64,000 bases of DNA from an uncultured Candidatus Rokubacteria bacterium (GCA_963805625.1 CAWDVE010000013.1:288001-352000), one strand, 5' to 3'. Shown: positions 40,878 through 50,181, numbered from the stretch's first letter. Program-made: numbers and translations. Notes: generated from the sequence alone by a model not told the origin.

Positions 40878-42599
40878 CTACCCGTAGGTGAAGGGCTCGT
40901 GGTTCATCCCGTGGCAGAGGAGAAAGCACCGACCGGAGCCCGATCCGTTTGTCTCATACTCCAGGCGACCCTGGTTCTGGGAGGGCTGGACAACCGTCCG
41001 GCCGTCGGGATCGCGCAGCATGAAATTGATCAGGTGGGGGTTCCGCCGGGAGCCGTGGGCGTCGTGGCACACCGCGCAGGAGGCCTGGGCTCGGACGAGG
41101 TGGGCCTGATGAGGGAACTTTCCCGCTTGGTTGGCCAGGAACGCCGCCCGGTTGTGGCACTTGTAGCAGAGCGCATAGGCATCGGGCGCCTCGGGTGATG
41201 GATCGTTGGTGCGGAACTGGCGCTCGAGGATTGGCGCGAACGTGGAGCCGTGCGGACCCCGAGGGCGGTCCGCCCCCACGGCATCGTCGCTGTGACAATC
41301 GGAGCAGGTGACTCGGCTCGCGGCGGTGTAGCCGGCCTGGAAGCCCGAAGCGCCCGGATTCCGCCCGCGGGCGGCCACCGGGTGGAACGAAGCGTTGCCA
41401 GGATCCAGCTCGAGCCGCACGTTACGGACGTTGTCCTGGCGAACCATGCCGCGGGTCGTCTGGTCGCGAAGACCGTGGCAACGGTAGCACACCTCGGCCT
41501 CGCTGGCGGCCTCGTCGACGAGGCTCGCCGACTGCGTCACACCTGCCACCCCACGGAGCGGACCGGGCAGGCCTGGAGGCGCCACCCGCTCCCCGGTGGC
41601 CTCATGCGGGTTGTGACAGTCCGCGCAGGTTGCGTGCCGGGACATCGTCCGCGGGTCCTCGACCGGATCGTGGATCCCGTCCGTGGACGCGACGGGGTGA
41701 GCGCTCGCCTTGGCGATGGACGCCTCGACGTTCTTGCTGGCGAGGTTGCCATTGTGACAGACGAGACAGACGCCGCGCTGGGTCGAACGGGCAAGGAGTC
41801 GCGCAGCCTGCCCGGCGCTATGGGGCCAGTGGCAGTTCTCGCAGGCGTTGGTCGCCACGGTTAGATAGGGCGAGGTCGGCCAGGGGTCGGTGCCCCGGCC
41901 GTTCCACTCCTTGGTCGAGGTCGCATGACTCGACCCTGGCCAGTTCGCGAGCGTGTGGCAGGCGGTGCACAGCCTCCCGCCGCGATCGTCGATGCGGAGG
42001 AAGGCGCGGAAGCGATTCTCGTGCGGATCATGACAGGTCGTGCACTGAACCTGGCGTCGGGCGTCCAGGGCGACGCCCGGTGGAAGCCCAGTGGGATCCG
42101 CCAGCTCCCCGTGACCCGTGCTGAGGGCGCGCCCGTACTCGAACGAGATGGGGTGGTCGTCAGAGAGGTCGGTCCCCAGGTCGGCCCGCCCGCGGAGAGG
42201 GCCCAACGCCGGCCGCCCAGACCGCGGTGCGACTCGGAGGAGCCCGAGTGCGGTCGTGCCGTCATGGCACGACAGACACAGGCGGGAGGCACCGTTGGGC
42301 TGCCTCGGTTTCACCTGCAGGGTGGAGCTCCCATAGAGCCGGTAGGTTACGGGCGGCAGGGCGCGGTTCCACAGGGCGCGCGTCGTCGCGGCCCGGTGCG
42401 GGACATGGCAGAAGATACAGAGCTCCGTCGTCCCGGTGGCGCGCACCGGCCCGCGCCCAGTGGCCGACAGGTTGTGCACCGTGTCCACGATCGCGGCCCG
42501 TACCGCGCCAGGCACGAGGAAGAGAAGTGCGAGCACGATCAAAGCCGGGAGCGTCCCTCTCCTGTCCACGGCCAATGGCGAGGCCTCGCCCCTAACCAC
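40878..42599 (-). CDS. 12-heme cytochrome (11 CxxCH + CX3CH) with N-terminal OmcE-like tetraheme module
   Basis: Signal peptide; HNLS..CIFCHVPH..LWNR..CLSCHDG..LGTDLSDDHPISF..CTTCHDPH..FLR..LCTACH, then 8 more motifs. Confidence 0.88.
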   Translation of the reverse strand: MVRGEASPLAVDRRGTLPALIVLALLFLVPGAVRAAIVDTVHNLSATGRGPVRATGTTELCIFCHVPHRAATTRALWNRALPPVTYRLYGSSTLQVKPRQPNGASRLCLSCHDGTTALGLLRVAPRSGRPALGPLRGRADLGTDLSDDHPISFEYGRALSTGHGELADPTGLPPGVALDARRQVQCTTCHDPHENRFRAFLRIDDRGGRLCTACHTLANWPGSSHATSTKEWNGRGTDPWPTSPYLTVATNACENCHWPHSAGQAARLLARSTQRGVCLVCHNGNLASKNVEASIAKASAHPVASTDGIHDPVEDPRTMSRHATCADCHNPHEATGERVAPPGLPGPLRGVAGVTQSASLVDEAASEAEVCYRCHGLRDQTTRGMVRQDNVRNVRLELDPGNASFHPVAARGRNPGASGFQAGYTAASRVTCSDCHSDDAVGADRPRGPHGSTFAPILERQFRTNDPSPEAPDAYALCYKCHNRAAFLANQAGKFPHQAHLVRAQASCAVCHDAHGSRRNPHLINFMLRDPDGRTVVQPSQNQGRLEYETNGSGSGRCFLLCHGMNHEPFTYG

Positions 42600-43662
42600 C
42601 AGCCTCCTCCGGTTCGCCTGGGGTCCGCGGCAGGTACTCGAAGACCTGGATGCGGCCGTTGTAGGCATCGGCTACGTAGATGCGGTCCATCGGGTCGATG
42701 AACAGGCCTCCGGGCAGCCAGAACTGCCCACGCCCGGCCCCGGCCTCGCCAAAGGTCAGGAGGAGACTGCCCTGCCGGTCAAACACCTGGACGGCGTCGA
42801 ACAGGGCCTCGACCACGTACACGTGCCCGTCGCTATCGAGAGCCACTCCTTTGGGGCTCGCGAAGTCGCCGGCGGTGTCGCCTTGGCGGCCGAAGTAGCC
42901 GCGCAGCACGCCGTCGGGCCCGAGCGCTTGCACACGGTAGCCCAGCGCGTCCGTCACCCAGAGGGTGCCGTCGGGCGCCAGCGCCAGGTGGGTGGGGTAA
43001 TTGAACTCTCCCGGATCCGTGCCCCGCACACCATAGGCGCCCACGGGACGACCGGCACCGTCGAGCACCCAGATCTGATGGGCCGCACTGTCGGCCACGT
43101 AGAGGCGGTCACGCGCGGCGTCGTAGGCCAGGCCGGCCGGCCGGCGAAAGCGAGGATCCGCGATGACGACCAGGGGCTGTCCGTCCGCCGCGTGGACCGA
43201 CACCACGGCCAGCGCGGAGTCAGCCAGGAATACGTGACCGCTCCGGGGGCCCGCCCCCAAGGCGAGGGCCACCGGCGAGGACAGCGGGCGTCCGCCCACC
43301 TCAGTCACGCGGGTCACCCGCTTGTTCGGTGCGTCCCAGACCCACAGCGCCGGCGCCCCGGGGTCGGCCATGTAGAGAATGCCGTCACGTGCGGCGATGC
43401 CGGTCGGCCGCACCAGCCTACGGCCCTCGGCGCCGGCCACGACGCGCACCGCCCGATCCCAGAGCGATGGCTGAATGCCGAGGTCCTCGGGTGCGGCCAC
43501 GGCGGCCACCCAGCGGATGCGCGGGCGAGCCGGCGGGGCTGGCCACGCCACCGGCCCGCCTCCAGTCTCCTGCGCGGGGTCGGGCGGCCGGGCGGCTCGC
43601 TCGCAGGCGGGCGCGAGCAGGGTCACCCCCGCCAGGAGGGCCAGGACTAGGCGTCTGGACAT
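42592..43662 (-). CDS. NHL-repeat beta-propeller lipoprotein
   Basis: Lipobox-like LLAPAC; repeats such as FNYPTHLA, FASPKGVA, FWLPGGL. Confidence 0.9.
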   Translation of the reverse strand: MSRRLVLALLAGVTLLAPACERAARPPDPAQETGGGPVAWPAPPARPRIRWVAAVAAPEDLGIQPSLWDRAVRVVAGAEGRRLVRPTGIAARDGILYMADPGAPALWVWDAPNKRVTRVTEVGGRPLSSPVALALGAGPRSGHVFLADSALAVVSVHAADGQPLVVIADPRFRRPAGLAYDAARDRLYVADSAAHQIWVLDGAGRPVGAYGVRGTDPGEFNYPTHLALAPDGTLWVTDALGYRVQALGPDGVLRGYFGRQGDTAGDFASPKGVALDSDGHVYVVEALFDAVQVFDRQGSLLLTFGEAGAGRGQFWLPGGLFIDPMDRIYVADAYNGRIQVFEYLPRTPGEPEEAGG

Positions 43663-43675
43663 GGCGGTCCCCGCC

Positions 43676-45724
43676 TCAGAAGCGGCGGATGACCTGGACG
43701 GTCACCCGGTACTCGCGTGTGTCGGTGTCCCCGCGCTGCCGGTCGAATAGCTCGACGGCGGGGGCCACTTCCAGCTTGCGGAAGCGCCAACGGACGCGCA
43801 CGCGAGCCTCCCAGGCCTCCTCCGTGGGGAACAAGGTGTCCTGGAGCCGCTGATAGCCGCCCCCGGCCTCGGCGATCAGATCGCCAGGCAGCAGCCAGGT
43901 GAAGAGCGCCCGGCCAGCCAGCCGCTGGCTTGTCCGGTCCTCGCTCCGGTAATATTCCACGGACTCCTCGCCAGTCAGGGTCAGCGTCACGTCCCGCGCC
44001 AGGGTGATGGTGACCAGCTCCGTTGCCAGCAGGCGGTCGTAAGCCAGCTGTGTCGAGTCGTACCGTCGGGCCTCGCCGAGAAGGCTGGCGGTCAACCAGG
44101 GCCCGTCGTGGCGCAGCTCGACGCCCACGGCACTCGTCTCCTGGTCGTCCAGGAAGCGGTCGTCGTGCCCCGAGAGGAGGTGCTCGTCGGAGCGGTCGTA
44201 GAGGGCGAACGCTCGGATCCAGCCATAGTCCACAGAGACGTCGGCACGGAACCCGACAGTTGCGAAAGTGAGGGAGGGCGAGACCTCGAACCGATAGTCG
44301 ACCGCGATGATGTCGCCAGGATTCAGGCCGGGCGTCGTCCCCGCACAGGGCAACGGCACGATCTCCGTGCGACTCCCCACCGTCCGCAGCGTGTAGTCAC
44401 GACCCTCGACCAGCGGCGTGGGTGGCCCCGGCGCCGGGAAGCACCCCAACGGGAGTGGCCCCGTAGCGACCTTCGTCACTACCACGGACGTCTCGATCAC
44501 GAACGGGTTCCGGAGGCTGATGGGGAGGGCGAACGGACTGGTCAGTGTGTGGGGTTCCTGAGGCACGAAGGTTTCCGGGCTCTCGAAGTGGTCGGCCTCG
44601 TACTCGAGGTTCCCGCCGAGACCAACCTGGAGCTGCCCGTCCCCCGGCAGGCGCTTTGTATAGACCGTGGCCAGGCGCCCGGAAACCCGGTCCCGTTCGC
44701 CACCCTCGAGCTGCTGGACGGTGCCGTCGATGGCCGCCGTCGTGCGCAGGCTCTCCCACAGCTGGTGGCGCAGGGCGGCGGCGGCCGTGTGCACTGTCTC
44801 GGCTCCGCCCACCGAGTCGGTGTAGGTGAAGAAGTAACGATAGGAGCTCTGCAGGGTCGGCGTGTGGTCGATCCGGAGGCCGGCGTCGAAGAGGGCGGTC
44901 GTGAGATCGATTCCCGAGACCCCGTCGGCGTCACCGCCGTCGCGACGGTACGCGCGGGCCCGCACATCGCCGTGCCACGTGCGCTCGGGCCCCAGGTCTA
45001 TGCCGTAGGCGACGTTGGCTTCGTGGCTCTGATAGTCCAGGTTCGGGAAGACGTGGTCCACGAGGTTGAGGAACTCGTAGCGCAACTCGAGGTCGCTATC
45101 TATCCACCCGCGACGCCCCTGATAGGTGACGAACGTCCGGTCCTCGTCGCGGGTGGCCACGAAATCGACGCCTTGCGACTCCTCGTCGACCAGCTCCTGC
45201 CGCACCGTGAGCACGGAGGGGATAGGCAACCAGCGCGCCTCCAGCGTCGCGCCGCGCGTCTCCAGCTCTAGCTGGCTTGCACCCGGACGCCCGAGCGGCA
45301 ACAGCGACTGGGAGCGGGTGGCGAAAAGCCGGAGGGCCAGTGGCTCGTCCCGCAGGAAGTCGGCGGCCAGGTCGTACCCCCACAGAGTACCGTCGCTGAA
45401 CGCAATGTCGCCTCCCCCCACCCCGGTGACCCACTCCTGGGAGAGGCCGAAAGAGCCCTCGACCGAGAGGGTGAGCAGGCGCGGGTCGCGGATGTGGATG
45501 GCCGGATTCCGGATCGTCAGGATCTCTTGGAGCAGCGCGTCCTCGAAGCGCTCGGTCGACCCCCGCCCTTGCTGGGCTCGCTCGAGGTCGTAGGTGAACA
45601 GCATCTCTAGACTCCCCTCCCAGGGGCTCGGGATGATCATCTGCGCAGCTGCCGGTCCGCCCGCGACGAGCACGACGACCACCAGCGCGACCCGCGGCAG
45701 GCCCGTCGGTCTGGGCCGCCTCAC
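43676..45724 (-). CDS. predicted outer-membrane beta-barrel (porin of a porin-cytochrome complex)
   Basis: Signal peptide, alternating hydrophobic beta-strand pattern, C-terminal YRVTVQVIRRF; located between multiheme genes. Confidence 0.7.
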   Translation of the reverse strand: MRRPRPTGLPRVALVVVVLVAGGPAAAQMIIPSPWEGSLEMLFTYDLERAQQGRGSTERFEDALLQEILTIRNPAIHIRDPRLLTLSVEGSFGLSQEWVTGVGGGDIAFSDGTLWGYDLAADFLRDEPLALRLFATRSQSLLPLGRPGASQLELETRGATLEARWLPIPSVLTVRQELVDEESQGVDFVATRDEDRTFVTYQGRRGWIDSDLELRYEFLNLVDHVFPNLDYQSHEANVAYGIDLGPERTWHGDVRARAYRRDGGDADGVSGIDLTTALFDAGLRIDHTPTLQSSYRYFFTYTDSVGGAETVHTAAAALRHQLWESLRTTAAIDGTVQQLEGGERDRVSGRLATVYTKRLPGDGQLQVGLGGNLEYEADHFESPETFVPQEPHTLTSPFALPISLRNPFVIETSVVVTKVATGPLPLGCFPAPGPPTPLVEGRDYTLRTVGSRTEIVPLPCAGTTPGLNPGDIIAVDYRFEVSPSLTFATVGFRADVSVDYGWIRAFALYDRSDEHLLSGHDDRFLDDQETSAVGVELRHDGPWLTASLLGEARRYDSTQLAYDRLLATELVTITLARDVTLTLTGEESVEYYRSEDRTSQRLAGRALFTWLLPGDLIAEAGGGYQRLQDTLFPTEEAWEARVRVRWRFRKLEVAPAVELFDRQRGDTDTREYRVTVQVIRRF

Positions 45725-46113
45725 CGGGCTACGTGACAGCGGGTGCAGGTCTCGAAGCTGATGCCCCAGGCCGTGCGGCCGTCGTGGCAGCCGCCGCACG
45801 CCTGGCCCTTGGCCATAGCATCATGCGTGAGAGGTGTCGCGGCCGTCCCGATCTCCCCGGGGTGGCAGACGTAGCAGCGATAGCGGATCCGGTGGATCCA
45901 GTGTGGGAAGGTCGCGGGTGGGGGCTCCGTGGGTCCCGCAGGCGCCCGCTTGAGCACGACGAGGCCCTCTTGGGCGGTGGCGCGGGTGGCCAAGGCGCCT
46001 GCCAGGATAGCCGGGAGAACGAGCGCAGCCCATCCGAGGCGACGCGGAAACCAGGGGGAGTCGAACGGGTGACATGGGCCGTCCCCCGGCCGACCGGCAA
46101 TCGGGACGTTCAT
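45721..46113 (-). CDS. c7-type triheme cytochrome
   Basis: ATFPHWIH, CYVCH, CGGCH, CTRCH. Confidence 0.88.
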   Translation of the reverse strand: MNVPIAGRPGDGPCHPFDSPWFPRRLGWAALVLPAILAGALATRATAQEGLVVLKRAPAGPTEPPPATFPHWIHRIRYRCYVCHPGEIGTAATPLTHDAMAKGQACGGCHDGRTAWGISFETCTRCHVAR

Positions 46114-46118
46114 GGCCC

Positions 46119-47255
46119 TTAGCCTCCGAGGCCCGGATGACACTTGACGCATGCATCGGACGGGAACGCCACGGTACCGTGGCACCGCCCGCACAGCTGG
46201 CCGCCATCGATCTGAGCCATCGAGATCGGAGTGACGCCCGCCTCCTGAGCGAACGGTGTTGGGTGACAGCTGTCACAGACCAGGAGCGCAGTGTGGCTCG
46301 CGTGGCGGAACACAACCTTGAGCTCCTCTCCCCCCTTGGGTGTTCGCTCGACGTCGAGGTCGAGGACCTCGGGCGGTGCCGCTCCCCCGTCCGGCCCGTT
46401 CTTGGGGGCCAAGAGGCCGTCGGCAAGGGCGCGAGTCCAGTCGGGCACCTCCTCGTTCACCGGGATTCGTGCCTTGGCCTCCGCCCACGTACGGGCCTGC
46501 TCGAGCGGTGCCCCGGCAGGCGGGCGCTGCCAGCTGTCACGGGCGGGAATCCGCAGGTGGCAGCGCGCGCAGTTCTCGAAGGAAAACGCGACCCTGCCGT
46601 GACACACACCGCAGGCCGGGGGCTCGGGGATGGCGGACGCCGTGGTGGCGGTGGTGCGCATCTTCTGTGACCCGCCGCGCAGGTGGCCGATCCCCGCTGA
46701 GAGCCACTCCACCGGGAAGGTACCCGGATGGCAGCTCGTGCACGCCAGCCACTGGGTGTGGATGGCGTGGGGAGCCTGGACCTCGAACAGTCGGCTCGCC
46801 CGGTCGGAGACGAGGCGGACGTCCAACTCGTAGACGGGTCTGGCGGGCGAGTCGGGTGCCAGGGCGGCCTGCGGATGGAGGAGGCCCTGGCCCACAGCCG
46901 CCTCCCAGTCAGCCCCGCCACCAGGGTGGGTCGGAAGCAGTCGGCGAGCGTCCTCCCAGGTCCGGGCCTCCTCCAGAGGCGATGTCGCCCCTGTCCGGCG
47001 GGCGTCCTGGCGACGCGCTTCGGCCGCGGCCCGCAAGTCCGCCACCTCGCGCCTGAGTTCCTCCACCTCGCGAGTCAGGTCCTGCTGGATCCGGCGGGTC
47101 GGCGGGAGGGCGCCTGGCTCGGGCACCCCGTCGAAGAAATAGGGCAGGATCCGCTGCCGGGCTTCGGGGCTGCAGGCTGCGAGCGCCGCCAGGGCCAGGC
47201 CGAAGCCCACGGCCAGGCGCGCCCCCCGCTTCGCGTTGCGGCAGCCGCCGCTCAC
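46119..47255 (-). CDS. hexaheme lipoprotein with two c7-type domains
   Basis: LAAC lipobox, FFDGVP, coiled coil, duplicated PLEEARTW/PLEQARTW module, 6 CxxCH. Confidence 0.88.
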   Translation of the reverse strand: MSGGCRNAKRGARLAVGFGLALAALAACSPEARQRILPYFFDGVPEPGALPPTRRIQQDLTREVEELRREVADLRAAAEARRQDARRTGATSPLEEARTWEDARRLLPTHPGGGADWEAAVGQGLLHPQAALAPDSPARPVYELDVRLVSDRASRLFEVQAPHAIHTQWLACTSCHPGTFPVEWLSAGIGHLRGGSQKMRTTATTASAIPEPPACGVCHGRVAFSFENCARCHLRIPARDSWQRPPAGAPLEQARTWAEAKARIPVNEEVPDWTRALADGLLAPKNGPDGGAAPPEVLDLDVERTPKGGEELKVVFRHASHTALLVCDSCHPTPFAQEAGVTPISMAQIDGGQLCGRCHGTVAFPSDACVKCHPGLGG

Positions 47256-47998
47256 TTGATGTGGCACTTCAGGCAGAGGTACTCAGTACTCACCCCGCCC
47301 AGATAGCCGAGGAGGAACTTGTCATCCACGGCCGCCCGATTGTGGGGATCGTGGCACGATGAGCACTCCATGCCCGTCCGGCCGACCACCGGGCCGTTGG
47401 CCACGCGGCCGAAGCCGTCGTCGTGGTAGAGGCGGACGCCCAACGTGGTGGGGTCGGGCTGCCAGTCGCGCAGGGCCACCTCGCGCCCGGTCCGGACGCC
47501 GTTGTAGGTATTGCGGGCCTGGCGGTAGGGGTAGGGCATGGCCACCGGGTGATTCCCCGTTAGGTTGCCGCCGGACCCGATGTTGGCCGGGTTGAGCACG
47601 CCGATGCGACCCTGAGCGAAGTTTTCCGGAGCCCCGTTCCACCACCCGACGTCGCCGACCGCAACGCTGCCGTCGTGGCAGGACAGGCACTTGATGGTCG
47701 GCCCCCCGAAGGTGTCGCTACGGAAGGTGGGGAACGGTGTGCCGGCAGTGGTGGAGGGCACGTCCCAATGAAACGTGTTCGGCGATAGCCGTTGGTTCCA
47801 CAAGAGGCGCGTCGAGCTGGCCCGGTGCGGCGTGTGGCAGAAGGTGCAGAGACCCGAGGCCGGCGACCCCTGGCCGGCGAAATCGTGCCTGGTCCCGCGG
47901 ATCCCAGTCCCGGGAGCCTGGGCGACGGCCGGCGGGACGAATACGGCGCCCGCAGCGAGCAGCACCAGAACTACGACCCGGCGGTGGCAAGCGGTCAC
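47252..47998 (-). CDS. OmcE-like tetraheme cytochrome (candidate nanowire subunit)
   Basis: IRGTRHDF..CTFCHTPH..LWN..CLSCHDG..NHPV..ECSSCHDPH..FL..LCLKCHIK, the motif order of Geobacter OmcE as recalled; 248 aa with signal peptide. Confidence 0.82.
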   Translation of the reverse strand: MTACHRRVVVLVLLAAGAVFVPPAVAQAPGTGIRGTRHDFAGQGSPASGLCTFCHTPHRASSTRLLWNQRLSPNTFHWDVPSTTAGTPFPTFRSDTFGGPTIKCLSCHDGSVAVGDVGWWNGAPENFAQGRIGVLNPANIGSGGNLTGNHPVAMPYPYRQARNTYNGVRTGREVALRDWQPDPTTLGVRLYHDDGFGRVANGPVVGRTGMECSSCHDPHNRAAVDDKFLLGYLGGVSTEYLCLKCHIK

Positions 47999-49101
47999 GG
48001 GGGCACCTCCGCGCGCACGGCCTCAACCTCAGTCTCCTCGGCGGTAGTGTTGACCAGACGGTAGACCTCCACGCGGTGGTTCATGAAGTCGGCCACGTAG
48101 ATGCGGTTCTCGCGGTCAATCGCGATGGCAGTGGGATTCTTGAGCATGCCCGGAAGCGGCCCTCGGCCGCCAAAGAACAGGAGCACTCGGCCGCGCCGAT
48201 CGAAGATCTGCACATTGCTCCACCCCGAGTCCACCACGTACACGTGCCCGAACGTGTCGAGCGCCAAGCCCTTCGGTACGTCGAACATCCCCCACGCCGT
48301 CCCACGGGCACCGATCACCCCCACTGGCCGACCCTCGGGGTCGAAGATCTGTACGCGCCCGTTGATGGTGTCGGTCACGTAGAGCCTACCGTCCCGGTCC
48401 ACGGCCGCATACGTCGGGAACAGGAACTGCCCTGGGTCGACGCCCTTGCCGCGTCCGATCACGCCCACCAGGGACCCGGTCGCGTCGAAGACCTTGACCG
48501 TGTGCTCGGTCGAGCGGCTGGAGCCCGTGTCGACGACGTAGAGTCGACCTCGGGCCCGATCGAGCGCCAGGCCCACGGGGCGCTCAAGCGTCGGGTGCCC
48601 GATCGTCGCGACACGCTGACCGGCGAGGTCGAACACCTGGACGACGCGGCGCACCTGCTCGGCGACATAGAGGCGACCGTCCGCGTCCACGGCGAGCCCC
48701 GTCGGGCGCCCCAGGGGCTCGTCGCCCCCGACGCGGCTCACGCCCCCGCGCGCGAGGTCGAAGGCAAAGACGGCGCCCTGGGCGGGGTCAGCCACGTACA
48801 GACGGGTACCGTCGTCCGTGACCGCCAGCCCGAGTGGCTCGGCCAGGCGGAGGGGTGTGGGAGATTCCCCGCCCAGGAAGTCGAGCCAGCGCCGACGCGA
48901 CCCTGGGACGTCCCCCTCCCCGATCAGGCTCCGAACGTGCTCGATGCGGGCGACCTCCGGGGGTGGCGGCCAGACCGGACGGGTCGGCGGCTCCGCCACG
49001 GGTGGAGCCGCGCACCCAGCAGCCAGGAGCCCGGCGGCTAGGATCCGGGCAGCGGTGCGCGAAAGCGCCACCCTCACCTTCGGCGGACCCGACCGGGTCA
49101 T
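47995..49101 (-). CDS. NHL-repeat beta-propeller lipoprotein
   Basis: LAAGC lipobox, VWPPPPEVARI, NHL repeats. Confidence 0.9.
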   Translation of the reverse strand: MTRSGPPKVRVALSRTAARILAAGLLAAGCAAPPVAEPPTRPVWPPPPEVARIEHVRSLIGEGDVPGSRRRWLDFLGGESPTPLRLAEPLGLAVTDDGTRLYVADPAQGAVFAFDLARGGVSRVGGDEPLGRPTGLAVDADGRLYVAEQVRRVVQVFDLAGQRVATIGHPTLERPVGLALDRARGRLYVVDTGSSRSTEHTVKVFDATGSLVGVIGRGKGVDPGQFLFPTYAAVDRDGRLYVTDTINGRVQIFDPEGRPVGVIGARGTAWGMFDVPKGLALDTFGHVYVVDSGWSNVQIFDRRGRVLLFFGGRGPLPGMLKNPTAIAIDRENRIYVADFMNHRVEVYRLVNTTAEETEVEAVRAEVPP

Positions 49102-49230
49102 GGCCCCATGCTAGCGCAGCGTCCGTCTCCGCTCCAAGGTCCCGGAGCGCCGCCGCGGCTCCTCAGCTGACGAGAGCCGAATGCATCATGTGGGCGTTGG
49201 GCGGTTCGTGGGCATCTTCCACGACGGGGC

Positions 49231-49335
49231 GAGGTGCCGCCGCGCCAGCATCTCCGGATCCAGGCGGCATTCCAGCGCCACGTGGAGAATGCCCTCTCGA
49301 AGACCATTAATCTGCCCGAGGAATCGAGCGCCGAC
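49231..49335 (+). pseudogene. class II ribonucleotide reductase (NrdJ-like) fragment
   Basis: Manual translation EVPPRQHLRIQAAFQRHVENALSKTINLPEESSAD matches the RNR H..QA.FQ.HVDNA.SKT.NLP motif. Confidence 0.7.
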
Positions 49336-49480
49336 CCAAACCCCGAGCGATTGAGGAGGCGTCCTCACACCAATTCTTGCGGGCTCGGCGATCCTTGACC
49401 CTCTGAGAGCCTCCAGGTACGCTCGGTCCACTCTTGGCGTGGCAATACACTGACCGGACTGCGTGAGGGAGGTCCGGCCG

Positions 49481-50154
49481 ATGAACTGTCCCCGGTGCCA
49501 GCACGAGAACGAGGCGGGCGCGAAGTTCTGCGAGGAATGCGCCGCGCCGCTGGCCCGGGCGTGCGCCAATTGCGGTCGGCCACTGTCGCCGACAGCGAAG
49601 TTCTGCCCCGAGTGTGCGCACCCAACCGGCCCATCTGCCGCGTCGGCTCCGGCTCCGCGATTCGACGCCCCTGAGTCCTACACCCCCAAGCACCTCGCCG
49701 AGAAGATCCTCACCTCCAAGAGCGCGCTGGAGGGCGAGCGCAAGCTGGTGACGGTGCTCTTCGCCGACCTCAAGGGCTCGAGGCGCGGCGCCTGGGCGAC
49801 CGCGCGGTCGAATCCTCTCCGGAGCACCACGGGTTCGCGGCCCATGCGCGGCACCTGCTCGGCGACATCGCGAACCATCCCGACCGGTTCGACGCCCAGA
49901 GCGGCGAGGCTCACTACCGCGAGGCGCTGGCCCTCGCCGAGCCGCGCGGCATGCGCCCCCTCGTCGCGCACTGCCACCTGGGCCTCGGCGAACTCTATCG
50001 ACGTGCAAGCAAGCGCCCGCAGGCGCAGGAGCACCTCACCACCGCGACGACCATGTACCACCAGATGGGCATGAATTTCTGGCTGGAGAAGTCAGAGGCG
50101 GCGATGGGACCGCCCCATAGGGACTCACCGGTGCCCCCGGCAGTCACCCGCTGA
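49481..50154 (+). pseudogene. double-zinc-ribbon adenylate/guanylate cyclase-AAA-TPR protein with internal deletion and frameshift
   Basis: CPRC/CEEC/CANC/CPEC, ERKLVTVLFADLKGS, then a switch near 49780 to C-terminal GEAHYREALALAEPRGMRPLVAHCHLGLG. Confidence 0.85.
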
Positions 50155-50181
50155 GCCCGACCCGGTGCAGGAGGTTCGAGC

